DNA from: a bacterium
GTDB taxonomy: Bacteria > UBA8248
Length of the DNA stretch: 64,000 nt
Direction of reading: 5' to 3'
Assembly: GCA_965221165.1 (NCBI GenBank)
Contig: CBDCRP010000003.1
Location: 1,024,001 to 1,088,000, forward strand
Position 1 is the stretch's first letter; every line of letters begins with the position of its first letter. The notes under the pieces are model-generated. The model was not told the DNA's origin and made no database searches. It saw only the letters and a list, made by a program, of their open reading frames with translations. The position numbers and the translations under genes are program-made. Positions 9,859-20,180 of this stretch are shown here, one piece after another.

Positions 9859-11574
9859 ATGTCCTGGGACGCGATGGCGCGCGGCCAATGGGGACCCGCG
9901 GTGGTGGCCCTTATCGTGGGGCTGTTTCTGTTCGCTTTCCTCGTCGTGCCGGTGCTCAACGTAATCTACGTCGCTTTCCAGGACCCCAACACGGGCGCGT
10001 TGACGCTCATCAATTTCGTCGACTTTTTCAGGACCAGCCTGTTTCAGGAATCCTCCATCAACTCGATCTACGTCGCCTTGATGTCGGTGGTGCTGGCGTC
10101 GTGCTTCGCTCTGCCGCTCGCCTATTTCACGACGCGCTTCCACTTCGGAGGCGCCCTCCTGATTCAGACCCTCGGCGTGATCCCGCTGATCATGCCGCCC
10201 TTCGTCGGCGCCGTGGCGATGCTCTTGCTGCTCGGCGAGAACGGATCGCTCAACCTGATGCTGGACGAGTGGTTCGGCTTCACCATCCCGTTCATGGAAG
10301 GGCTCAACGGCGTCATCCTGGTCGAAAGCATCCACTATTTCCCGTTCATCCTCATCAATCTCTCGGCCTCGCTCAACAACATCGACCGGGCGATGGAGGA
10401 ATCGGCCCAGAACCTCGGGTCCAGCGGGGTGCGCCTGTTCCGCCGCATCGTGTTTCCGCTGGCCATGCCCGGCTACGTCGCCGGCGCGTCCCTGGTATTT
10501 CTGAAGGTGTTCGACGACATCGGCACGCCGCTGCTGCTCAACGTCAACAACATGCTCGCGCCCCAGGCCTACCTGCGCATCTCTTCCATCGGCATCTCGG
10601 ACCCCATGGGCTACGTGATCTCGGTAATCCTGGTCGTATTCTCTCTGCTGGCGCTGTGGACCTCGTTTCTGGCGCTGCGGGGCAAGGATTACGCCACCGT
10701 GCAGAAGGGCGGAGGAGGGTTGATGAAACGCGACCTCAGACCCTGGGAGAAGGCCGCCTGCTACGGCGTCGTCGTCTTCATCCTATTGTTGGTGCTCTCG
10801 CCGCACTTCGGCCTCGCCGTCTTGTCTTTCGGCACGGTGTGGTCGTTCAGCGTCCTGCCCGACGCCTACACCGCCGCGCACTACTTGCGGGTGATCTCGA
10901 CCTCCTCGGAGTTCATCACCAACACGCTGCTCTACGCCGGCCTCGCCGCCACTATCGACGTCGTATTCGGCACGGCCATCGCCTACATCGTCTGGCGCAC
11001 CAAGCTGGTCGGCCGGCAATGGCTCGACTACGCCGCCATGGGGGCGGTGGCGATTCCCGGCGTTGTTCTGGGCATCGGCTATCTGCGCACCTTCTACCAG
11101 TTTAACGTGCCGATCATCGACAAGCCCCTGGCGTCGTGGTGGGTGATCATCGTCGTCGCCCTCGCCATCCGGCGGCTGCCCTACGCGCTGCGCGCCTGCG
11201 TCGCGGCTCTGCAGCAGATCAGCGTGATGCTCGAAGAGGCGAGTGAGAACCTCGGCGCGACCAAGGGCCGCACCATCCGCCGAATCGTCGTGCCGCTGAT
11301 GTCGGGCGGCATCGTCGCCGGCTTCGTCACGAGCTTCGCCACCGCATCGGTCGAACTCTCGACGACGATCATGCTGGTGTCCCAGGAATCGGACGCTCCG
11401 CTCGCCTTCGGCATCTACGAGTTCATGCAGTCGGCGGCGGGCCGTGGCCCCGGTGCGGCTCTCGGCATCATCGCCGTGGTCATCGTCGGGATCGCCACCT
11501 ACGTCTCGCACCGGATCATCCAGCGCAAGGATATGCAGCGAACGCCCGAGATGGCCGTCGTCGCGGGAGCCTGA
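9859..11574 (+). CDS. ABC transporter permease, duplicated FbpB type
   Basis: Two EAA loops (MEESAQNLG, LEEASENLGA) and many TM segments. Confidence 0.92.
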   Translation: MSWDAMARGQWGPAVVALIVGLFLFAFLVVPVLNVIYVAFQDPNTGALTLINFVDFFRTSLFQESSINSIYVALMSVVLASCFALPLAYFTTRFHFGGALLIQTLGVIPLIMPPFVGAVAMLLLLGENGSLNLMLDEWFGFTIPFMEGLNGVILVESIHYFPFILINLSASLNNIDRAMEESAQNLGSSGVRLFRRIVFPLAMPGYVAGASLVFLKVFDDIGTPLLLNVNNMLAPQAYLRISSIGISDPMGYVISVILVVFSLLALWTSFLALRGKDYATVQKGGGGLMKRDLRPWEKAACYGVVVFILLLVLSPHFGLAVLSFGTVWSFSVLPDAYTAAHYLRVISTSSEFITNTLLYAGLAATIDVVFGTAIAYIVWRTKLVGRQWLDYAAMGAVAIPGVVLGIGYLRTFYQFNVPIIDKPLASWWVIIVVALAIRRLPYALRACVAALQQISVMLEEASENLGATKGRTIRRIVVPLMSGGIVAGFVTSFATASVELSTTIMLVSQESDAPLAFGIYEFMQSAAGRGPGAALGIIAVVIVGIATYVSHRIIQRKDMQRTPEMAVVAGA

Positions 11575-11576
11575 CC

Positions 11577-12659
11577 ATGAGAGCAGAAACCGCCGCCAGC
11601 GTCGTCATCGAACAACTGAGCCTCGCCTACGATACGACCGAAGTCCTCAAGGACATCGACCTGCGCATCGAACCGGGCGAGTTGTTCACCTTCCTGGGTC
11701 CGTCGGGGTCCGGCAAATCGACCCTGCTGCGCGCGGTCGCCGGCTTCGGCCCGGCGCCTCGCGGGCGCATCTTCATCGGCGAGGACGACGTGACCCGGCT
11801 GCCGCCCTGGCGGCGCAACGTCGGCATGGTGTTTCAGTCCTACGCGCTGTGGCCGCACATGACGGTGCGCAAGAACGTCGCATTCGGCCTCGAGGAGAGA
11901 AAGACGCCCGCCGCCGAGATTCCGAAGCGGGTCGACGCCGCACTGGATATGGTCGGGCTTCTCGAACTGGGGGAGCGGCGTCCCTCGCAGCTATCCGGCG
12001 GGCAGCAGCAAAGGGTCGCGCTGGCCCGCACCATCGTCGTCGAGCCCCGGGTGCTGTTGCTCGACGAACCCCTCTCGAACCTCGACGCCAACCTGCGCAT
12101 ACAGATGCGCCGCGAGATTCTGGATCTGCAGCGGGAGCTCAAGCTGACCACCATCTTCGTCACCCACGATCAGGAAGAGGCCAACACGATCTCGGACCGG
12201 ATCGCGGTGCTCGACGCCGGGATACTGCAACAGGTGGGATTGCCCATCGAACTCTATGACGAGCCTCTCAATCGCTTCGTAGCCGATTTTCTCGGCACCG
12301 CGAACCTCATCGACGGACGGGTCGAGACGACGGCGGAGGGCGCGCGCTTCGTGGCGGCCAGCGGCATCACCCTGCCCCTGGCGGGTGACGCCCATGCGCC
12401 GGGCGAGAACCGAACCGCCATGTTCCGGCCCCAGGACATGGTCATCGCCGCGCCGGAGGAGACTGTCGCCGGGCTCGCCTTCACCGGCCGGGTGGGGCAC
12501 CGCGAATTCCTCGGCAATCTCCTGCGCTACACCGTGGCGGTCGGCGGCGACATGCTGTTGGTCGACGAGACCCACCACTCGGACGGCCGCGCTTTCTCCG
12601 TCGGCGACGACGTCGTCATCGGCCTCGACGTCGAACAGGTCCGCATCCTGAAGCGCTGA
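11577..12659 (+). CDS. ABC transporter ATPase, PotA/FbpC type with TOBE domain
   Basis: GPSGSGKST, LSGGQQQR, LLLDEP, VTHDQEEA. Confidence 0.95.
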   Translation: MRAETAASVVIEQLSLAYDTTEVLKDIDLRIEPGELFTFLGPSGSGKSTLLRAVAGFGPAPRGRIFIGEDDVTRLPPWRRNVGMVFQSYALWPHMTVRKNVAFGLEERKTPAAEIPKRVDAALDMVGLLELGERRPSQLSGGQQQRVALARTIVVEPRVLLLDEPLSNLDANLRIQMRREILDLQRELKLTTIFVTHDQEEANTISDRIAVLDAGILQQVGLPIELYDEPLNRFVADFLGTANLIDGRVETTAEGARFVAASGITLPLAGDAHAPGENRTAMFRPQDMVIAAPEETVAGLAFTGRVGHREFLGNLLRYTVAVGGDMLLVDETHHSDGRAFSVGDDVVIGLDVEQVRILKR

Positions 12660-13072
12660 GGCGGACGGTCGTAAAATTTCCCCGGACCGCCGCAGCGGTT
12701 CACAGCCCCAATCTGTGCCTCGCAACCACACACGATGACCCGGAGAAGCAAAAGACGCAGGAAACCGGCGCGGCCGAGGATGCGGATGTCTGATGAGACC
12801 GGGGAAACAGGTTGAGCAAATACCGCCCGAGCAGGATGAAGCAAAGAAAATATCGAAAACGAGGCGCTTGAATTTGATCTTCTCACCGAATTGGGCTACA
12901 TGAATTCCGGGCGCGGCGGAGTCCAAAGCCGATACCCCGAAATTCATGAATCCGTAGCCTGGGGGAAGGCGTTTTTTGTTGACTCAGGCATATTGTTGAC
13001 CTACCATTTTGATGGTTTTGGGGGCTTATTTGTGTATCGGCTGCAGTAACGAGTCTTTTTCAGGATAGTGCG

Positions 13073-14251
13073 ATGGCAGAATTGTCGATACCAACCGCCT
13101 ATCGCGAAGGTTATGAAAGGGTTCGCGCGGTACATCCGGATCTCGCCGCAAAGTATATCGAACAAACAACCATTGATGATCCCTTCGCCGATGCCGTCAT
13201 CGACGCACTCGCCGCGTTCGCCCCTGAAGACGCCAACCGCTTCATCAAGGCATGCATGCAGCAAGACGAGAAGGTTCTGGCGGATGCGCCGGACGTGCTC
13301 CACAACTTTTTCGATGATCTGGAAAAGAAACCGGTGTGGTTCGACCCGCAAGCGCTCTACCCCGGCTACCGCGCCTTCCACGCCCATTCGGATCTGTTCA
13401 TCCCCGCGTTCTTCCTGGTCTCGGTGCGAAGCGCCTCCACCCTGATCGGCAAGTCGTTCTACGCCAGCGGAAGGGTTCTGGGCGGTTTCGGCATGCGCCG
13501 GATCCGGCAGAACACGAGGCACTTCATTGAAATCATGCTCCCCGACGCGCTCGAGCGTCAGGGAGACGGCTGGAAACTCTCCGTCCGCATCCGGCTGGTG
13601 CATGCGCGGCTCAGACGATTGATTCGCGACGAGAGCGACTGGGACGAATCCGTATACGGCGCGCCGCTCAGTTCCGCGCACATGGCGCTCGCTTCCGCCA
13701 ATTTCTCCGCGACCATGCTCTCGCATGCCGAAATTCTCGGGGCGAAGCTGGATGAAGCGACGCGCAACGGCTTCATGCAGGCATGGAGATACGCTTCGTA
13801 TCTGATCGGAACGCCCGAACGCCTTTTGTTCGAGGGCGACTATGAAAAAACCCTGGAATTCGCCCGTATCGCGACTTTGTGCGAGCCGCCGCCCAACGAA
13901 GAGTCGGCCGCCGTTGCGAACGCCATGATCAGCGTCTTGCCCCTGATCGCCGGCAAAACCGGTTTCGCCGAGCAGGAAGCCATGGTAAGGCACGTATGCA
14001 GGGTCTCCCGAGCGGTGCTGGGCGACGAACTCTCGGACAAACTCTCATTGCCCAAGATGCACACCAAGGGGTTGTTGCAATGGATGAAATGGTCTCGCCG
14101 GGTACAGGGGGCGGCCCACAATATAGCGCCTGACCTCGGCAAGAAGTGGCAGGGAACCAATTTCGCCTTTCTGCTCAAGGCGTCGATGCTCGAAGAGTTG
14201 AGATACCAGTTGCCGGACCACCTCGACACGGAAAAAGCCGCCCCGTGGTGA
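13073..14251 (+). CDS. MpaB/DUF2236-family (ER-bound oxygenase-like) protein
   Basis: GWKLSVRIRLVHARLR, W...YGAPLS and WRYASYLIG are typical of the family. Confidence 0.75.
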   Translation: MAELSIPTAYREGYERVRAVHPDLAAKYIEQTTIDDPFADAVIDALAAFAPEDANRFIKACMQQDEKVLADAPDVLHNFFDDLEKKPVWFDPQALYPGYRAFHAHSDLFIPAFFLVSVRSASTLIGKSFYASGRVLGGFGMRRIRQNTRHFIEIMLPDALERQGDGWKLSVRIRLVHARLRRLIRDESDWDESVYGAPLSSAHMALASANFSATMLSHAEILGAKLDEATRNGFMQAWRYASYLIGTPERLLFEGDYEKTLEFARIATLCEPPPNEESAAVANAMISVLPLIAGKTGFAEQEAMVRHVCRVSRAVLGDELSDKLSLPKMHTKGLLQWMKWSRRVQGAAHNIAPDLGKKWQGTNFAFLLKASMLEELRYQLPDHLDTEKAAPW

Positions 14252-14484
14252 AGCCCCCGGCATCCTCCCCGTATTCGTACCGAGCACCGGAAGGTGCGGT
14301 TCGACGATGGTGTCGAACATTCTGAACGTGCATCCGCGTGTTTTGAGCCTCCCGGATTTTCCGCTACGCCGCAACGCCATCCTGAAATCCCCCGAAAAGA
14401 CCGACCGGGCTTGCCATTCCCGCGCCGATGGTGGATTCTCCCCCGAAATTCAGAGTCGCATCATGAAGTCTGGAGTCAAAACGA

Positions 14485-15357
14485 ATGTCGGAACCAAAGA
14501 GCGTTTTCATCGAAAGGGGGGGCGTGCGGCTGCACGCCCTGGACCACGGAGGCGGGGGGGAGGACAAACCCGTCATCCTGATGCTGCACGGCGCTGCGGC
14601 CCATGCGCGCTGGTGGGATCATATCGCCCCCCGTTACAAGGACATGTTCCGGCCCGTGGCGACGGATCATCGCGGCCACGGGGACAACGAATGGCTGAGT
14701 GAATACGTCTTCGAGGACCTTCTGCGCGACGTGGCCGCCTGGGTGGAATGGGCCAAGGCGGCCAGCGGGAGGAAACCCTGGCTCTTGGCCCATTCGATGG
14801 GAGGCGTCATCGCGCTCAACCTCTTCGCTCTCGCGCCTCCCGACGTGGAGGGCCTCGTCATCGTGGATTCTCCGCTCAGGACGACGGACGCGATTCTCGC
14901 CGAGGTGCGCGCCTTCGGGAACCGGCCGGCCAGACCCTGGGCATCACGGGAGTTGTTCGTGGAGAAATTCAGGCTCCTGCCCGCATCGGACAAGGTGAAA
15001 CCCGAGACCATCGCCCACATCGCGCGCCACGCCGTGAAGCCCAACGGCGACGGCGCGTGGACGGTGAAGGCGGACAGGAGTTTTCACGCCACGCGCCCCG
15101 AGACGGATCAGCGCGCAGGCTGGCTGCGCGTCAAAATCCCCGCCCTGCTCGTGGCGGGAGAACTCTCGGATCGACTGAAATCAGACTCGCTCGACTGGGT
15201 GCGGGAGAAAGTACCCCACGTGGAAACCACCGTGATTCCGGGCGCGCACCACCACGTGTTCATGGACGAACCCGATGCGTTCATCCGCGTCACGCGCGAG
15301 TTTTTGGAGAGGATGATTCCCCGCGCGAGCGAGCGGAGCGCACCCCTAACGGCCTGA
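14485..15357 (+). CDS. Alpha/beta hydrolase
   Basis: LHG, DHRGHG, AHSMGG nucleophile elbow, GAHHHV. Confidence 0.9.
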   Translation: MSEPKSVFIERGGVRLHALDHGGGGEDKPVILMLHGAAAHARWWDHIAPRYKDMFRPVATDHRGHGDNEWLSEYVFEDLLRDVAAWVEWAKAASGRKPWLLAHSMGGVIALNLFALAPPDVEGLVIVDSPLRTTDAILAEVRAFGNRPARPWASRELFVEKFRLLPASDKVKPETIAHIARHAVKPNGDGAWTVKADRSFHATRPETDQRAGWLRVKIPALLVAGELSDRLKSDSLDWVREKVPHVETTVIPGAHHHVFMDEPDAFIRVTREFLERMIPRASERSAPLTA

Positions 15358-15449
15358 AATCTTATACGCCCCCTATTTCCAGCCGCGCCTTCCCGGGACC
15401 ACCACGGAATGACGGATCAAAATCCTACTCCGTGAATCGAAATGAACCC

Positions 15450-15735
15450 GTAGTGACAACCCCTCCTCGGGGTTGTCCCACAGGCCTCTGTGCCTGTCCG
15501 ACGAAGGACAACTTCGGAGGGTTTACCATCGCTCCCGCAAACCGAAACAGACGGGCGGATGCGTAGATCCGACCCTGCCCAAACCTTGATCCGGCGAACC
15601 GAAATATGTAGGTGGCGGTTCCTCCTCGGGACCGCCCCACGCATATATGCGACCCATCGTGAAATACATCCCCGACACGCCGAAGACGACACTCGTGGAA
15701 ACTCGCCCCCGCTCAGACGGGCCGCATGTATGGGG
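15450..15735. repeat. Cluster of GTAG-type REP-like palindromes
   Basis: GTAG-initiated hairpins at 15450 and 15608; related sequences at 37843-38090, 48210-48300 and 56492-56590. Confidence 0.7.
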
Positions 15736-15812
15736 TTGTTGAAAAGTGCTCCAAAAACAGGGAATGGATTTCTCAGTCGACATACGCTTATGAAATGACT
15801 CCCCCCCTTGAG

Positions 15813-16192
15813 GGGGTTGTTGAAAAAACCCTCCTCGGTCGGAATTGACCACCGCCGTCATTCCGGCGAAAGCTGGTGACAACCGAGAGGTTGGCCATTG
15901 CCGAGCGGAATAACAATACTCCGGCTTTTCATCTCCCCGTAATTGGCAGGAATCAATCAGAAAATAAAAACAAAGGCAAAACACATGGATTCCGGCTTTC
16001 GCCGGAATGACGAACAAAGCCGCACCGCCTCGTAGTGACAGCCCCTCCTCGGGGCTGTCCCACTGTCCCTCCTCGGGGCTGTCCCACAGGTCGCGACCTC
16101 GGACAGGCACAGGGGCCTGTCCGCTACGGACCCCCCTCCCCGGTCGGCTCCATTCGCCGAATCACGAAATCATGACTTTTTCAACAATCCCC
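15813..16192. mobile_element. Non-autonomous MITE-like element, copy 1
   Basis: Terminal inverted repeats GGGGTTGTTGAAAAA...TTTTTCAACAATCCCC; interior is a close inverted match to 47802-48162; no transposase ORF. Confidence 0.8.
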
Positions 16193-16206
16193 TGCAGGAC
16201 ACCTTC

Positions 16207-17886
16207 TTACTCCGTCACGGCGAGGGGCGCCATGGCCTCGATGTCGCTCACGCAGTCGATGACGACGGGCCTGTTCGCGCTGAACGCCTGGTCGAGCGCG
16301 CTCTTGAGCTCACCCGGTTTTTCCACCCGGATGCCCAGCGCGCCCATGGATTCGGCGATTTCGGCGAAATTCACTTCGCTGAGCTTCCAGAGCTCATAGG
16401 CCTGCTCGGTCTGCTCGCCGCCGTAGGCGCGATCGAAGCCGCGCTTGGACTGGTTGCCCGAAGCGTTGTTGTTCACCAGCGTCACCGCGTTTATCTTCCA
16501 GCGCACGGCGGTCTCGATCTCCGAAAGATGATACCAGAAACCCGAATCGCCGTTGAAGGCGAGCACCGGCCTCTCGGGAACGGCGCACTTGGCTCCGAGG
16601 CCCGCCGAGAAGGCCCAGCCCAGGTGGCCCGCGCTGCGCATGTAGCTTTGATCCGGATGCGAGAGGTCGTACATGCCGCCCATCCACATGCCCGAATGGC
16701 CCGTATCGCCCAGCACGATGCAGTCCGAAGGCAGCGAATCCGTCAACTCCTGGCAGATGCGCTCAGGGCGCATGGGGGCAGCGTCCGATTCGAGATATTC
16801 CCTGAACTCATCACGCCATCCCTGGACGAATCCTTGGGCTTTATCCACCCAGTTCGCTCGCGAGGCTGCGGATTCCGCGTTTGCCGCGTCGGCCATTTTC
16901 TGCAGGCTCACCCTGGCGTCGCCCAGAACCGCCGCTTGCAAGGGATAGTTGCGGGCAAGGGCTTCCGGTTCGATGTCCAGTTGTATGGCGGGCGTGCCGA
17001 TGGGGGGCACGGCCCAGAAGTGCGTCGTCATGCCGCCCGTCTCGGTGCCGACGAAAAAGACCAGGTCGGCGGCGTTCACGACCCTGTTCGCGCTCTTTCT
17101 CGAATAGGTGCCCACCACGCCGACGGAGAGCGGGTGATTTCCCGGAATGTTGTCCTTACCGTTCAAGGAAGTCGCCACCGGTATGTTCAGCTTCTCGGCC
17201 AGGACGATGAGTTCTTTCGACGCACCCGATGAACGCACGCCGCCGCCTGCGACGATGACGGGGCGCTCTGCCTTTTCCAGCAGTTCGACCGCTTTTTTCA
17301 CGCGCGCCGGCTCGGGTTCTGGCCGATAGGGGGGAAGCTCCTTGAAATCCTCTTCGATGATCACCTCCATCTCGGCCTCTCCGATGTCGAGCTGGCCCTC
17401 GTTGCCCGCGAATTGCAGATGCACCGGCCCCGGACACCCCGAGGTGGCCACTCGGAAAGCCTGGCGGAGCATGTCGGGAAAGCGCGAGGCGTCGTCCACC
17501 GTGGCGTTGAACTTCGTCACCGGCTCGAAGGCGGGAACGTCGTCCACTTCCTGATAAACCTTTCTGAACTTGGTCTCGGGCACGCGCCCGCCCGTGAAGG
17601 CCAAGACGGGGGATTTCGCCAGATAGGCGTCCCGCAGGCCCGCCGCCAGATTCAGCGCGCCGATGACCTGCGCCATGCAGACGCCGGGCTTCTTGCCCGC
17701 GCGCGCGTAGCCGTCCGCCATGTAGGCGGCGGATTTCTCGCCGTGCGTCTGGATTCTGGCGATGTTCGTGCGCTCTTCCATCTCGGCCATCGAGCGTCTG
17801 AGAACGGCGGGAACCAAAAACGTGTGAGTCACGCCATAACCCTTGAGCATCTCGGCCATGACCCGGGCGCCTGTCATTTTAGGCAT
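16207..17886 (-). CDS. ThDP-dependent enzyme, acetolactate synthase-like
   Basis: HGEKSAAYMADGYAR, GPVHL, and GDSGF...NN ThDP motif. Confidence 0.9.
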   Translation of the reverse strand: MPKMTGARVMAEMLKGYGVTHTFLVPAVLRRSMAEMEERTNIARIQTHGEKSAAYMADGYARAGKKPGVCMAQVIGALNLAAGLRDAYLAKSPVLAFTGGRVPETKFRKVYQEVDDVPAFEPVTKFNATVDDASRFPDMLRQAFRVATSGCPGPVHLQFAGNEGQLDIGEAEMEVIIEEDFKELPPYRPEPEPARVKKAVELLEKAERPVIVAGGGVRSSGASKELIVLAEKLNIPVATSLNGKDNIPGNHPLSVGVVGTYSRKSANRVVNAADLVFFVGTETGGMTTHFWAVPPIGTPAIQLDIEPEALARNYPLQAAVLGDARVSLQKMADAANAESAASRANWVDKAQGFVQGWRDEFREYLESDAAPMRPERICQELTDSLPSDCIVLGDTGHSGMWMGGMYDLSHPDQSYMRSAGHLGWAFSAGLGAKCAVPERPVLAFNGDSGFWYHLSEIETAVRWKINAVTLVNNNASGNQSKRGFDRAYGGEQTEQAYELWKLSEVNFAEIAESMGALGIRVEKPGELKSALDQAFSANRPVVIDCVSDIEAMAPLAVTE

Positions 17887-17986
17887 TCGCGATTTCTCCT
17901 TGTCTGTACACAAAAATTTTTCAGGACGACGAAATATGAAACCACCCGTTTCGGGTTTTTCAGGGAATACCGGATAGAATTATCAG

Positions 17987-18904
17987 CTAAGGGCGAGAAA
18001 ATCCAGCGCCCAGGGCATCGCGCACGGCGTCGGGAATCTCGCGCATATCCTCCACCACGACCGCTCCCGCCTCTTTTAACAGCGCCTTTTTCCGCTTAGG
18101 CGAACCCTCGCCGCGCTCGATGATGGCCGCCGCGTGGCCGAAGCTCACCCCGCTCGGGGCGGACTCAGTAATCATGCCCGCGATGAAGGCGACCACCGGC
18201 TTGGTGAAGCCGCCCTCGCCCACGAGAAGCGCCGCGTCTTCTTCCGCGCACGAGCCCGGCTCACCGAACAGGACGACGCACTCCGTATCGGGATCGTCCT
18301 CGAACAAGGGCATGAGTTCAGAAAAAGGAGCGCCCACCATCGCGTCCCCGCCCACGCTCACGTAGGTGCTCTGGCCGATGCCCTCACGGGTCAAGAGCCA
18401 GCAGGTCTCGCTGCCCATCCCCCCGCTTCTGCTCAGCACGCCCACCGGCCCCCTTTGGAACAGGAGGTTCGTGACGGGCAAATCACCGCCCGTGCCGCCC
18501 ATCTTGGCGCGCCCGGGGCTGATGACGCCCTGGCTGTTGGGGCCCACGAGCCGCACCCCCGCGCGCCGCGCATGGGCGATCATCCGCGCCACGTCGTGCC
18601 GGGGCACGCCCTCTGCGCATACGAGGATCATCGCAACACCCGCCTGCGCCGCCTCTATCGCCGATTCCGCCGCCGCCGCGGCGGGCACGAACAAGACGGC
18701 GGCGTCCGCGGGATGCTCATTCAAGGCGGATGCGAACGAATCATAAACGGGCGCGCCGTCGCAATCCTCGCCCCCGCGTCCCGGCACCACCCCCGCCACC
18801 ACGCGGGCGCCGTACTTGCGCATGAAGCCGGTGTGGACGCGCGCCTGCCAGCCGGTGATTCCCGCCACGACGACGCGCGTGCTCTCATCGAGGAGGATGC
18901 TCAA
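17987..18904 (-). CDS. Succinyl-CoA synthetase alpha-like CoA-binding subunit
   Basis: GITGWQA, GPNSQG, SRSGGM, VGGD and FGHAAA (phospho-His). TTG start overlaps the stop of the beta-like gene. Confidence 0.88.
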   Translation of the reverse strand: MSILLDESTRVVVAGITGWQARVHTGFMRKYGARVVAGVVPGRGGEDCDGAPVYDSFASALNEHPADAAVLFVPAAAAAESAIEAAQAGVAMILVCAEGVPRHDVARMIAHARRAGVRLVGPNSQGVISPGRAKMGGTGGDLPVTNLLFQRGPVGVLSRSGGMGSETCWLLTREGIGQSTYVSVGGDAMVGAPFSELMPLFEDDPDTECVVLFGEPGSCAEEDAALLVGEGGFTKPVVAFIAGMITESAPSGVSFGHAAAIIERGEGSPKRKKALLKEAGAVVVEDMREIPDAVRDALGAGFSRP

Positions 18905-20148
18905 GGCGTACCTCCCGCGCTCGTCCACGACTCACCGCGTTTGACCGCCTCGACCTGGGAGACGATGCGCTCGGCCGCTTCTTCGAGCGTCACCTCATCG
19001 CCCAGATACTGAAGGCCCGGGCATGTTCGGGCGATCTCCCGCGCCTCCTCCCCTCCCGCTCCCGCGAAGCGCACGATGAAGGGGAATTGGGCGAGGTCGA
19101 CCCTCGTCTCCTTAACGGCGCGGGCGATGGCGCGGACTTTGAGCTGCACGCGAGAGAAACTCGTGATGTTGCTCCCCGCGAGCGCGCCCTTCACGTTCGG
19201 CATCCCGAGAATCTCCTTGGTGATCTCGAAATACTTTTCCTCCAGGGGACCGGGCGTGATGTCGAACGCCGTCGCAGGCTTTCCGCCCAGGCGCTCCATC
19301 GTATCCAGGAGATAAAGACCTCCCCCGCCCCCGCTCCAGAGGAGAGCGATTTCTCCGCCATCGATCTCCGTGAAGCGCGCCGTGTTGAACGGAGGGATTC
19401 CGGCGTCTATCTCCGCCACCCTCGCCTCCAAGGGCGTTGGCGGACGCCAGCCGCCCTCTGATCCCTCATCGAGCAGCGTTTTGAGTTCAGAGTGTCGAAA
19501 CAAGGCGTCCGCATCCAGATCGAGTACGCACGCGGCGGCTATGACTTCATCCTGATCGGTGAGAACGAGTGGGTTGACCTCCAGTACCCGCGCCTCGGTC
19601 CGGCGAAAAAGCGCGTAGCAGGCTTCCAAAGCGAGGGCCGCCCGATACAGGCCCTCTCCGTGCACGCCGCAGGCGCGCAGGAAGGAGATGCACCTCTCCT
19701 CGCTCAGGCCGTCCAGTATATCGACCTCGAGCCGCTTGAGTGCTCCCGGGTTTTCCTCCAGAAGCGTTTCGATCTCCACCCCGCCCTCGGTGCTGAACAT
19801 GACGAGCGGCCCGCGCGACGCGCCCTCGAAGGCGATGGAAAAATACCACTCCTGGGATATCCCTACCCTCTCCTCCACCAGAAGGCGTTTCACCGGGAAA
19901 TGGTGCACCACGCGGCCCAGGAGTTCCCGGGCTGCGCTCTCGGCCTCATCGGGCGTATCCGCAGAGAGGATCGCGCCCGCCTTGCCGCGCTTGCCCACGG
20001 GAACCAGCGCCTTCACCATCACGGGGCCGCCGATTGCGCGCGCAGCTTCCACCGCTTCATCGGGCGTATGCACCGAGCGGCCACGGGGCACGCGCACGCC
20101 CGCATCGCCTAAAAGCGCTTTGGCCTTGTCCTCGAACACGCGGGGCAT
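18901..20148 (-). CDS. Succinyl-CoA synthetase/citrate-CoA ligase beta-like ATP-grasp subunit
   Basis: VKALVPVGKRGKAG, STEGGVEIE, EVNPL, SGGGGG. Confidence 0.85.
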   Translation of the reverse strand: MPRVFEDKAKALLGDAGVRVPRGRSVHTPDEAVEAARAIGGPVMVKALVPVGKRGKAGAILSADTPDEAESAARELLGRVVHHFPVKRLLVEERVGISQEWYFSIAFEGASRGPLVMFSTEGGVEIETLLEENPGALKRLEVDILDGLSEERCISFLRACGVHGEGLYRAALALEACYALFRRTEARVLEVNPLVLTDQDEVIAAACVLDLDADALFRHSELKTLLDEGSEGGWRPPTPLEARVAEIDAGIPPFNTARFTEIDGGEIALLWSGGGGGLYLLDTMERLGGKPATAFDITPGPLEEKYFEITKEILGMPNVKGALAGSNITSFSRVQLKVRAIARAVKETRVDLAQFPFIVRFAGAGGEEAREIARTCPGLQYLGDEVTLEEAAERIVSQVEAVKRGESWTSAGGTP

Positions 20149-20180
20149 ATCTATCGCACCGAAACAGGAAGGGGGGACGT

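Noticed and set aside
8740-11511. Long alternative-frame ORFs (e.g. 736 aa, 531 aa), and similar ones such as 38168..40354
   Set aside because: Typical high-GC shadow ORFs overlapping clearly recognisable genes.
12660-13070. Possible riboswitch or ncRNA in the long intergenic region
   Set aside because: No recognisable conserved motif or convincing structure.
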